A DNA stretch of 63,825 nt, filler included, from Fonticula-like sp. SCN 57-25 (taxonomy: Eukaryota): NCBI GenBank assembly GCA_001724245.1. It is 3 parts of 3 records of this genome, joined end to end, with 100 filler letters (N's around TTAATTAATTAA, not from the genome) between each part and the next. Parts side by side here need not be neighbours in the genome. Positions count along the whole stretch, not along the records: positions 23,062 to 45,983 come from MEDX01000073.1; 2 more parts are not named here. One strand, written 5' to 3'. The position numbers and the translations under genes are program-made. A model generated the notes under the pieces. It ran no database searches and was not told the DNA's origin. It worked only from the letters and a program-made list of their open reading frames with translations. Positions 24,726 through 35,247 of this stretch are shown here, in pieces (within the stretch, counting starts at the first letter, position 1; every line of letters begins with the position of its first letter).

Positions 24726-26462
24726 TCAGTCGAGCACGAGCGGGTTGAGGTGCGCGTCAAAGTCCTCGCCGTTGGTGGGCGCGTCGGGCGGATTGTCATC
24801 GGCCATCATGTCATATCTGACGCTCACGCCGCCCTTTACAAAGTAGACTATAATACGCAGTGTCAGCAACAGCGGAAAAGCAAAATAGTATAAGCGCACC
24901 TCTGTTGTCGATGGTGAACGCCGAGTCGACGCCCTTTGGCATGAGCTCGCCCAGCACCTTCCAGCCCTCCTTGATGAGCCGCGGGTACCCCGGGTCCTGG
25001 CAGTTGCGCGCCAGGTCAAACGCCGCGTAGCGCTCGCCGCTAAAGAAAAAGATTTTCTTGTTGCGCCAGTTGAAGCACGCGTCGATGCGCGTGAACGACA
25101 GGCCCGGCCAGCTGACGTCATCATCGATGCGCTTCGGGTAGCCGGGCAGCGAGTGGTCGGCGCACACGTCGTACTTTACAAACTGCGAGCCGGAGAAGAA
25201 GCAGACGTGCTCGTTGGGCAGGTGGCAGGCGGCGTCGATGCCGCTCGGAAAGTTGCCGGGCCAGTTGCCGAGCGTGCGCGGGTAGCCGGTGTCGGGAAGG
25301 CGGCGCTGGACGTCAAAGCGGCGGTAAAAGGCGCCGCAAAAGAGGTACAGCTTGCCGGTGAACTGGTTCAGGAGGAACGCCTTGGCGCCGCCAAAGAGGC
25401 GCATCAGGACCTGCGTCTGGCGGAGGTCGTCGAGCGAAACGCCGCGCTTCGTGATGCCGACCTTGATGCGCTCGAGCACGTCAGAGTCGACAGAGATCGA
25501 GCGGTTCTCGCAGATGGCATAGTCGATCTGAGAGTCAACGTCGAGAATCTCCTTGTTGAGCGCCTTGACGGTCGCCTGAAGGTTCGAAATGTAGTCGTAC
25601 GCGCACTCGAGAATCTGATTGCGGAAGGCTGAAAACAGAAAAACATGTCAGAAAAAAGAAGAAGAAAACGAAAAACCGTACGGCGCTTGGGAGTCAGACG
25701 CTCGATGCACTCGGGGACGACCTCGGCCAGGCGGTGAAGGTGCATGTCGACCTTGGTGCGGCAGCGGCGCTTGATGTCGGCGCTGCGCGTTATTTCGTCG
25801 CTCTTGGCGGCGCCGCGCTTGCGGACAACCACCGACGAAGAGGAGGAAGACGAAGACGCAGGCGGCGGCGACGGCGACTGCGGAGCAGGCACAATATCGG
25901 GCGCCCCAAAGGCGATGTCACGACGCACGTGGGACCGCTTCGGAATAGGCCTGATGGGCATCGTGTGGTTGGATGACGACGAGGGCATCGGCTCGAGCTC
26001 GATGCCGAGGGTCGATCCGACCGGCAAGTCAAACATGCCCGACGCGTGGCCGGGCACGAAGGAAGGCAGCGGGGGAAGCACAACGTGGTTGCTGGCGCCG
26101 TGAATGGCCGGGGCGTACATGGCCGCAGTCATGGAGCCGCTGCTGTACGCGCCAGGATGACCCGATACATTCACGCCGGCCGGGGCAAAGTGCCCCCCCG
26201 CAAAATGGACGGGGCCGTTGTTGTGGCCCCCTTGGTAGACAAAAGTCGGCCAGTTGTCGTCGTCAGACGGCGTCAGCGACGCGCTGTGCGTTTCGGGCGA
26301 CGTGGAGATGTCATTTGGGGAGAGAAAAAGGGAAGGCGGGGAAGGATGACCGGCGTGGAGGGCCGACGAAGGAAGGGGCCCCGCAGAGCTTGAGGCCGTA
26401 GCCAAGAGGCCCTCCCCCCACTGGTAATCATCAGCAGGGTAATCCCACAAAAAATACGCCAT
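24726..26462 (-). CDS. bHLH-leucine zipper protein fused to a four-bladed hemopexin domain
   Basis: Exons 26462-25682, 25628-24900 and 24847-24726 with GT-AG introns of 53 and 52 nt. bHLH-ZIP: RSADIKRRCRTKVDMHLHRLAEVVP..RPFRNQILECAYDYISNLQATVKALNKEI. Hemopexin repeats carry IDA/VDS, FFSG and GYP..WPG motifs. Confidence 0.85.
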
Positions 26463-26954
26463 CGCTGCGCCACTGAGCAGAAAACAAGCACACCCAGGCA
26501 GGGAAAACTCTTTTCCTAAACTCTTTCAGGCGCTGCGCTTGCTTCCGTTGGCGCCAGCTGCTCTCCACCCCGACGCCGACGTGACCAGCGCGAGAAACTT
26601 GGTTCTGCTCCGTTTTCACGAGCAATTTGGTCGGGGCGCGCTGATTGGCTCGATTGGTCGTGCCGTTATCGATCACTTGACCACATTCGATCAAACGTGC
26701 ACCATACGCACAGCTGATTGGTCGACCTATCTTCGTGCCCGAATCCGGGGTCGATTCCACGAATTCAGGGCATTTCGGCAGCCATCAACATGTTAACAAG
26801 GTGCATTATTATCACTGGTACGGTGGCAAATACCATACAAAACATACGCGGACACTACGGCCCAAATAAACAAACGCCTGTTCCTACACTCAAACTCGCC
26901 GCAAAACAACAAAAGAGGTATCAAAAGATGCGATAAAACATGAGAAAAAGAAGT

Positions 26955-28590
26955 CTACTTGCCGATGACCCCCGCGTGCGGCTTGTACGACAGCGGCTTG
27001 GCGAGGCTCGCCTTCAAGTCAAACTTTGGCCTCGGCGGCGGCGGCACGCGCTTCGGCGGCCCGCCAGCAACGAGCACCGGCGCGTCGACCGCCGTGGACG
27101 CCTTGGGCGACGGCGGGATCGCGTTGATGTCGAATTTGATGTTCTCCGCCTCAATGCGGCCGGGCGTGTAGAGGCCCCAGCGCGGCAGCGGCGTCTTGGC
27201 GGGCGTTGTCGCCTCGACCTTGCGCGGCGTCCGCGGCGCCATCTGCTTGACGACAACGGGGCGCAGCACGGGCGCCGGACGCGCAACAAACTGCTTGGCG
27301 GCGGGCGCGGGCGCAGCGCGGGGGGCCGGCCGGCTCTGAAGCGTCGGGCGCATCGTCACAGGCTTGGTGACAGCGCGGCCAGAGACGGCGACGGGCGGCG
27401 CAGGCTTGACGACCGGGCGCGGCACAGCGACCTTGGTGGCCATGCGGCTCGCCAGCGGCTTGGTGGAAGCGGGGGCGGGCCGGGCAAAAAAGGGAGCGGG
27501 CTTGGCCGGGGCAGCCGCCTTTGTTGCGAGGCGAGAAGCGGTGACCGAAGCGGGCTTAGCGGCGACCGAAGCGGGCTTGGCGGCGACGCGCGGCGCGGCA
27601 GCAGCAGTGGCGGGCTTGGCCGCTGAGCGGGCGAGCGACGATGTCGGGAGCTTGGAGGCCGTCAACGGGGGCGCAGTCACCACGGGGGAGACAAGCGCGG
27701 CGGGCGTCTTGGCGACGGCGCGGGACATTTGCGCCGAGCGGGACGGCGTCGCGGTGGCGGGGTGGCGTGAAAGGCGCGCGGTCAACGACGGCGACGCGGC
27801 GGGGGGAAAGGAAGAGGCAGTGCGCGTCGTTCCGGGAGTGCGGCGCGCAGAGTAGTGGCTGGCAATAGAGTCCATTCTACACGGTGAACGGTGAGGAAAA
27901 GAAATGGTAGAACCAATAAAGCGCACTGGTCAAAGCCGCGCGCGTGCGCCTCGTCCCAGTAGCCCTTGTCGCCAGGCTTGAGCTTTGACGGCGTGCGGTT
28001 CGCCACGGGCGTCGACGAAATGAGCGACGCGTACGCGCCAGACTGGACTGCAGCGATCGTTAGAACACTTTTACAGAAAGCAACTGGTGCGTACTGGCTT
28101 CCTGCACGCGGCGATCGAGCTCGTCCATGACAGCGCGCGTCGCGGGCGACCTTGTGGTGCGACGCAGCGCAGGCGACATGGAAGCGCGCAGCGTCGGGCT
28201 CGGCATTGTGTCGAGGCCCTGCGGCGCGCCCTGCATCAGCAGCGACGGGCTCGAGGCCGGGGACGGCGATGCCGCCGCCACTTCGTGAGCGAGGCTCGAC
28301 CCCTTGCGCGCACTGCGCATCGTCAGACCGCGGTTCGCAGTCTCCACGGCAAAGATGGGGCTCGCTTCAACGGCGTCGACCTCCATGGCGTCCGGCGTTC
28401 CATCACGCGACGTGGCATCCTCGCAATCTTCCTCCGATGCCGCCGCGGGGCCATTCTGCGCTACGTCAAGAAGCGCCTCAATCAAAAGTGAGTTCTTGGC
28501 GTTCGCCTTGATATTGTACGTCTTGCACAGCGCCTGAAGCTCGCGCCGGTCGAGCGCCTGCAGCGCACTCTCCGTCAGCTCCGTCGCCAT
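26955..28590 (-). CDS. NUSAP1: Nucleolar and spindle-associated protein (NuSAP)-like
   Basis: N-terminal SAP-like LDRRELQALCKTYNIKAN; central WDEAHARGFDQ|MDSIASHY; C-terminal FDLKASLAKPLSYKPH, the NuSAP hallmark motif. Confidence 0.85.
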
Positions 28591-28689
28591 GGTGTGATGA
28601 TGCGTCAAACAGCAGTTTGAAACGAACAATCTGATGTAACGGTCCAATCTGCAAACTGACATGCAAACTGGTCTGATGATTGCATAGGA

Positions 28690-28733
28690 GATTTCATCTG
28701 GATTTCATCAGGATTTCATCTGGATTTCATCGG
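28690..28733. repeat. 11-bp tandem repeat x4 (GATTTCATCNG)
   Basis: gatttcatctg gatttcatcag gatttcatctg gatttcatcgg. Confidence 0.9.
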
Positions 28734-28819
28734 GCAAAAGTGCGATAAATTGGGGTAAAACACGCGAAAAAAAGGGAAAAACTGGATTGAGACATGTACA
28801 AAATAGAAAATACAGCAGG

Positions 28820-30814
28820 CTAGTGAGAGTTGAGGTACGCGACGAGCTGGTCAACAAGATCGCCCTTGCGCGCCATTGGCTTGACGCGCACCCCCTGCAG
28901 AAACTCTTTAATGACGGGCACGGTCAACTTGCCCAGCTGCACCAAAACAGTCAGTAAAATAAACATAACAAAAAAAGGCGCACTGTTCCCGCCGCGTTCA
29001 TCTTTTTAAGACTCTCAAGCGAAATTTCCTCATTTTCCTCCTTGACCTTCTTTGCCGGCGCCGCCGCCTCGTCGCCCGCCGCGCGCTTTGCCGGCCTCCT
29101 CGCCGCCCCCCCCTTTGCGGTCGCCGACAGCTGCACGTACCCGTCCGGAAACACGGCCTTTTTAATATCCGCGAGCTCGCCGCCAACGCGCTTGAGCATC
29201 GCGTCGACCTTTGGCAGCGTGTGGTCGGCAAAGTCCTCTGGCACGTCCTGGTTGAGCGCGAGCGCCTGCAGGTTGGCATAGTGCCGCTTGAGCACCGGGT
29301 TTTCATAATCACTCGGCGAAAAGTCTTTCAGCTCGAGCTTTTCCACGACACGTCTTGCGCGGTCAACAAGCTCAGTTGGCGCGCGAACGACTTCCTCGGG
29401 CTTGGCGAGCTTGCGCAGGTCGTCTGAAAAAGGCAGGAAAACAAGGTGGAATCCCGGCGGCGCGACCTGCACGCCGTCCGCGTCGAACCGCTCCTGCTGC
29501 GGGATGAGCGCAACAAAGCGCGGCGCCGAGTTGCTGCGCGGCACAAAGCGCATGATAGCGACCTTGTCCTGAGCGCCGAGCCGCGCGAGCAGGGCGTGAA
29601 AGACGACCGAGCTGCCGCTCACGTCGCCGTCGTTCGGGTACACAAAGAGCGCATGCTTGAGCGCGTGCTTGCGCTTCAGCGCGCTGCGAGGCTTGAAGCC
29701 CATGAGGAAGAGGCCGGGTGCGCCATAGTCGCGCGCCTGCTCGAGCTCCTCGCGGTCAAAGACAACTTTTTCGCCGCCAAAAACGTAGTACGACTTCATG
29801 TCCTTGACCGACACGACCTCGCCGACGTCCGTGACGTACCGCGTGCTCGGGCGGACCTCTTCGTTTTGGCGCGAGTCGAGCCACACGTAGCCGCCGCGCT
29901 TGGCTTCGGAAATCATGTTGTACAGCCGCACGCCGATTTCCATGGTGCCCGTGAGGTGCATCGAGAGGCGGAGCATCGTGCGCTTCTTGTACTCTTTGCG
30001 GCGGACGCGCTCCATGAGCTGCTCAAAGTGTTCGGCGGCGGTGGGAAAGCGCGAAGAAGCGTCGTCGTCGTCGACGCGCACAATGTCAATGAAAAAGGTT
30101 TCAAAGTTGAAGCCAGAGCCGGGCTTGCTGATGCTGAAAAGCTCGACTTCGATGCCGAGATCGGCGAGATCCTTGGCGCGCGTCTTGGCGAGATCGCGCG
30201 CAACGGCGTCGTTGCGAAGAGGATCGTCTTCGTTTGTAAAGAGAAAGACGCGCTTGCTGCCGACCTTGACGGCGCTGTTGCCAAAGATCATCGAGGCGAC
30301 CCACAGGACGTTGCCAATGTTGGGCGCCACGTTCGGCTTGAGATGACCGCACAGCTGCACGATGCTCGTGCGGCCCGCGATAATGTCCTCAAGCTCAAGA
30401 ATGCGCTCGGCAGAGGGAACGTCAAGCTCTTGCAGAACGTAAATGTTGTCGAACCCAGAAACGTTCCGCTTCTTGTCCGTCGCGTACAGCATGATGCCAA
30501 GCAGATCGCTGTCGCTCGAGATGATCTTGTCCTGAAGCATGCTCGATGCGCAGCGGAGCGCCAGGGCAAAGGGCGTGTCCGTCTCGCCGGGCTGCTTGAC
30601 AAACATGTCTGCGCTGCAGTCAATCGCAAACAGGACGCTGTCCTTGTTAAGCCACCGAGACTACCGAGCGCGTCAGAAGAATTCACACAGCTAACCACCA
30701 TACCTCAACATCATCGGGCACGTCGTCCAACTCCTCCTCGTGCTCATCCTCCTCGCCCGTGCCTCCCCACGACGACGCGCCGGACGCTCCCCACGACCCC
30801 CACGACGACGACAT
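28820..30814 (-). CDS. XRCC6: Ku70 (vWA, Ku core, C-terminal SAP)
   Basis: DSVLFAIDCS, KRVFLFTNEDDP, LFLMGFKP, PPGFHLVFLPFSDDLR, YENPVLKRHYANLQALAL; SAP exon LGKLTVPVIKEFL. Confidence 0.95.
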
Positions 30815-30917
30815 TACCGAGTGTCCTCCCCCTGGGTGGCGCTACAACTGCGCGCCGACTGCGCGCCGATGATGACAAGCAGACAGTTTGCAGTTTGCAC
30901 CGAGCGTTACGGTCATC

Positions 30918-32129
30918 ATGGCGGCAGCGGCGGCCGCTGGGGCGCCCGCGCGTCGCAAGCCTTTTATAAGTATGCTCTAGCCGCGGTCTTGCGCCTCTTT
31001 TTTGTGTGCACAGTGCGCTAAGCCGTCTCGTTTTGGCAGTTCCGACGCCAGGAAGCCGACCTCCGGTGGTGACGCAGACGGTGACGGTGCTGCGCGTCAA
31101 GCGCCGACGCGATGAGGACCCGCTCGAGACGCTACGTGCGCAGCGCTGTCGCGTATTCTCCTCACTTCTGACCGTTTTCCAGTGATTGGCGGCGCCGCGC
31201 AGCAGCGCGCGAGGAGAGATCACGATGGTGATGACGACGAATCGGCCGAGAATGCCGAGGCGCCACGCGTGTTCCGCCTCGTCGACTCTGTCGGCCACAC
31301 TGGCTTCCGCGACCGCGACTCTTCCAAGGACGTGCGCGCCCGCCTCCGCCAGCGCCAGTTCAAGCAGATTGTGCCGAGCGATGAGGAGCGCCGCGCTGCC
31401 AAACTTCAGCGCCAGGCCGAAACCGATCGCCGCTCGCGTCTCCGCGTGGTCAGCCGCGCACGCGGCATGCTCGACGCCGACTCTTGGAGCGAGTTCCGCA
31501 TGTACGACCTCTCTCCCGACGGCCAGGAAGACGCCGCTGCCGCCGCCGAGGCGGAGCGCCGCGAGGAGCAGGAGGCGCTGAAGCGCGCCCTTCCCAAGAT
31601 GTCGGCCGCCGAGGCCGCCCTCGTGTGCAACTTTATGCCGCTCGTCACCGAGTACGTGGACGAGACGCCCAAGGAAAGCGACTACGTGTACGATCTCTAC
31701 TGCCAATTTCACGCGGGCAAGAAGGAAATGGAGTCATTGGGCGGCCTCTTTGGCCACGTCGAGTCGTTCAATGAGGAGCTCGTGTACGATGACGACCTGG
31801 ACGTGGCCCTGGGCGAGTACGACGTCGAGTCCGACTCGAACGACGAGGACAACTGGCGCAACGACTACCCCGACGAGCCGTCGTCTGACGAAGGCGAGGA
31901 CGAAGAGCGGCGCGCGTCCGACGACGAGGCCGTGGAGATGCGCGCCATGGAGCGCCACATGAAGCGTTTTGTGCTGCGCGACCGCATGGCCACGGACAGC
32001 ATAAAGCTCACGGGCGACGACGATTTTGTGCTCAGCTCGGACGACGAGGACGATATTGAGGAGCTCATGTACGGCATTACCATCCCGGAAGTGACCACGC
32101 TCGAGGACACGGACGACGAGTTTGACTAG
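30918..32129 (+). CDS. IWR1: RNA polymerase II nuclear import factor Iwr1/SLC7A6OS
   Basis: VLRVKRRRDEDPLETL, DYVYDLY, DSNDEDNWRNDYPDE motifs. The exact start is uncertain. Confidence 0.85.
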
Positions 32130-32329
32130 TCTGAATTGGCGATATAGATAATATTATGCATTGTACAAATGGTAGTCGATAGACAGGATAGAGACGCTGA
32201 GAAATCGCGTGCGCAAAATCAAAGGGAAAATCAAAGGAAAGAGAGGATAATGTACGAGGCAAAAGTGATAGAGCAACACAAATGCAAACAAACGTCGACG
32301 GATTACGATAAAAATGTCTATGTGATTTG

Positions 32330-33781
32330 TTACCCGCGGCCAAAGAAAATCTTGCTGCGGCGCTTGTTCTCGTCCTCCTCCTCTGGCAAGTACAGTTTCC
32401 TCGTGTCCTCTGGCATGTCGTCCGCGAGCACGTAGAGCGTCGACGTGAGCATGACGAGCTCCATCATCGCCAGCTCTTCTTTTTTTACAAGCACCTCGTC
32501 AAAGGGGCTCGCCGCCCTCTGCTTTGCGAGGTCCTTGAGCTCCGCCTTGAGCACGATGACGCGCTGCACCTTGTCCTTGAACGCGTCGTCCAGCTTGTCC
32601 ACAATCTCGTAGCACGAGTTCTCCTGCAGCTCCTCGCACACAGGGTTCTGGTGCATACCGGCCGCCTTGCAGTCCACGTGGGCGATCCGCGCGCACCGCT
32701 GGCACGCCACGAACCGCAGCGTCTTGATTAGCCCTTCGCACACGTAGCAGAAGGCGTCGGCGCTCGGCGCGAAAGAGCAGTCCGTAAAGGCGTGCCGGCG
32801 CTGAAGCTGCGGGTGCTTTGATCGCCGCGTCATGCGCTGCGCAATGCGCTCGCGGCCGCTCATGAACGACGGCGTCTCGCGAGCGACAAGGTGGTCGGCA
32901 GAGGCGCGCGAGCGCATCAGCGTGCCGCGGCGGCGCTCGATGGTCGCGGACGAGCCGGCCGTCATGGCAATCATGCCAGCCGACGCGGCGTGGACAAGGA
33001 AAGAAGATGGGAGGCTCGAGCTTGACATGGAAGCGGGCGGCGACGCGGACATGGGCGGCGGCGACGTTGAAAGACTCGGCGAGGGAGCAAGAGCATCGCC
33101 GGATGCCATCGAGCGATCAATGCGCGTCGATGCGGGAAGAGAAGAAGAAAGGCCAAAGTCGGTACCAGAAGAGTCGCGAATAATATCGATCGTCTGCGAG
33201 CGGATCGGCCGCGGGCGCTCCGCCGTCTTGATCGAGTCGGGGATCTTTGACGGGTCTAGAAGCGGCGGCGGGAGATTAATCGACATGAAATTGGGCACCT
33301 TGGCGGCCGACGGGAGGGGCTGCGGCACAGGCGGCAAGGGGTTCGGAAGCTTCGGGAGCGCCTTCGGGAGGCTGCCTAATGGGGGAGAGCTCGCTTCATA
33401 GATTGAAAGACGGCGCGCCTGCTCGACCAAAAGAGGGCTCGAGGGATCGGCGGGCGCGACGGCCGGCTCGGGCTCCGAGGGGGCGGCAGTATCGGGCACC
33501 GCGGGCGTCGAAGGCGCCACTAGCGTCTCGACCGAAGCATTATCGTCGCTGCTGTCGGAACCGGCCTTGTCAGCCTTTTCTGCAGCAACATCAGCCGGGA
33601 CATCCGAAACGGGAGAGGGAGCCTCTGGGGTGGCATCGCTGGCCACGATCTCGGTCTCCGCTGCTGGCTCCTCGCGGGCCTCTGCGATGTTCTCGGCGCT
33701 CGGCATTTTCGGGGCCTTGGGTAGCGCGTCAAACGTTATTTTGCGGCCGGCAGGCGCCGCAGTTGCCGAGGCGTCCGCCAT
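32330..33781 (-). CDS. Pro/Ser-rich protein with a single C1 (PKC-type) zinc finger and short C-terminal helical region
   Basis: HAFTDCSFAPSADAFCYVCEGLIKTLRFVACQRCARIAHVDC..C; single 483-aa ORF. Confidence 0.8.
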   Translation of the reverse strand: MADASATAAPAGRKITFDALPKAPKMPSAENIAEAREEPAAETEIVASDATPEAPSPVSDVPADVAAEKADKAGSDSSDDNASVETLVAPSTPAVPDTAAPSEPEPAVAPADPSSPLLVEQARRLSIYEASSPPLGSLPKALPKLPNPLPPVPQPLPSAAKVPNFMSINLPPPLLDPSKIPDSIKTAERPRPIRSQTIDIIRDSSGTDFGLSSSLPASTRIDRSMASGDALAPSPSLSTSPPPMSASPPASMSSSSLPSSFLVHAASAGMIAMTAGSSATIERRRGTLMRSRASADHLVARETPSFMSGRERIAQRMTRRSKHPQLQRRHAFTDCSFAPSADAFCYVCEGLIKTLRFVACQRCARIAHVDCKAAGMHQNPVCEELQENSCYEIVDKLDDAFKDKVQRVIVLKAELKDLAKQRAASPFDEVLVKKEELAMMELVMLTSTLYVLADDMPEDTRKLYLPEEEDENKRRSKIFFGRG

Positions 33782-34511
33782 CAGACCACTTTGCGGGCAA
33801 AGATGCGCTCAAAACGTGTTGGCTGACCCTCAAGTAGAAAATCGCATGCGATTTTAATTGGTATGCATGAAAGGAAATGAAAGGAAAATTGAAAGGAATG
33901 AAGTCAGAGTGTGGTCGATGGAGGTGAAAATTGTTAATGATAGGGACGGAATATAATAGCATGAAATAGCTGCTGTATAGTGGGCGCATGCGGTATTATG
34001 CTGCACTGCTTGAGAGGCCAAATTAAAGGCCTCGCCGCCCCTCGGCCACGCGACGCATGCATTCTTTTCTTTGAATGCACCGATTTTTGTCGTGTTTAAC
34101 CACACTTTGGCGTTTAACCAGCCCAAATTACATGCATCGACTTTACTCTGCGCAGTTAATAGTATTCGTCAACCTTGCTTGGCGATGTGCGATGATTCTG
34201 GCAGCATCGTCTGCATACCCGCACCGGCCCTCTGATTGGCTGATGTCCACCTCGTTGACCAATCAGGTGCAATTTTCGATTGCGTCAACCCTTTGATGAT
34301 TGTTGTGTTTGGTGTGCGTATCCATCCACCTGGGTCGCCCCGTGGTCTGGACGCATCCCTGCCGCTTCCAGCTTTCCCCTCGCATCCGCATCGCATCATC
34401 GGGCAGTTTCCTTGTCGCCCATCCGTTCATCCGCCACCAGAACACAGCTAGAAGAGAGATAGCCTCAAATGTCTGTCTGCGCGGTCGGTAAACGCCCCTT
34501 CGACTCGATGG

Positions 34512-35247
34512 ATGTCGGGTTTGGAAGCCCGCAGTGTGACCAAAACATGGGATTCCAGGGAGGCTTCATGGGCACGCCGCCCAAGCGCTGCCGGTGCGTT
34601 TGCTTTTATCTGCCAAAGGGTTCGCGCGGTTAATGCTGACTTTTTTGCTGTTTTTTTTCACATTAGTGCTGGATCGCCGACGTCGAACGGATTCATGGCC
34701 GGTAGCCCGCAGCCCCATTTTGATATGGGATGCTCGTCGCCACCGCGCAAGACGCCCTTCAACCGCATGCCGCAGTCGCCCTCGCGCTATCTCCCCGCCG
34801 TCATGGCCCGTACGTTCATGCCCGTCGCTCGATTTCCCCTAGTCTTTCGGTTTGACTGACCGCGTGCGTTTGTTTTGTATAGCCATTGACGTGCTGTCGG
34901 TGATTGATCACGTTGCGCCGCAGCGCAAGCGTATCCGCTACCAGGAGGCCCAGAGCAGTGATGAAATGGGCCGCCCGATGCCGGTTGCCCCGCCGCAGCA
35001 GGAGGTTGTCTTCACGCTCGATCAGGTAACATCGATTGTCCAGCGTGCTTTGGACGAGAAGGAGGCTGCCATGCGCGAGGAGTTTGACGTGATCATTCGC
35101 CAGACGCTTGCCGAGCAGTTTGACATTTTTACCAAGGTTAACGAGGACTATATCTCGCGTCGTCTGCGCGACTCGCCCTACGACTGTGCGCATGATCATT
35201 CCCCTATTTTTTTTTGCTGACATCTTTTCCCTCTAGACACGTCGTAA
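34512..35247 (+). CDS. AKIRIN: Akirin
   Basis: VFTLDQVTSIVQRALDEKEAAMREEFDVIIRQTLAEQFDIFTKVNEDYISRR matches the Akirin C-terminal domain. The final micro-exon 35237-35247 gives DYTS*. Confidence 0.88.

Noticed and set aside
24811-25479. Hemopexin ORF as a stand-alone gene or matrix metalloproteinase
   Set aside because: No ATG-led start, signal peptide or HExxHxxGxxH motif. It is in frame with the upstream bHLH exon after a canonical 53-nt intron.
28690-28733. Short repeats as possible CRISPR arrays or iterons (also 44024-44064, 48790-48890, 62309-62365)
   Set aside because: Head-to-tail 11-12-bp units without unique spacers, no cas or rep genes, and a eukaryotic context.
29446-30969. 507-aa + strand ORF (and similar long antisense ORFs, e.g. 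40554-41306, 54445-55242, 8713-9432)
   Set aside because: Shadow ORFs opposite well-supported genes, produced by GC-rich codon bias.
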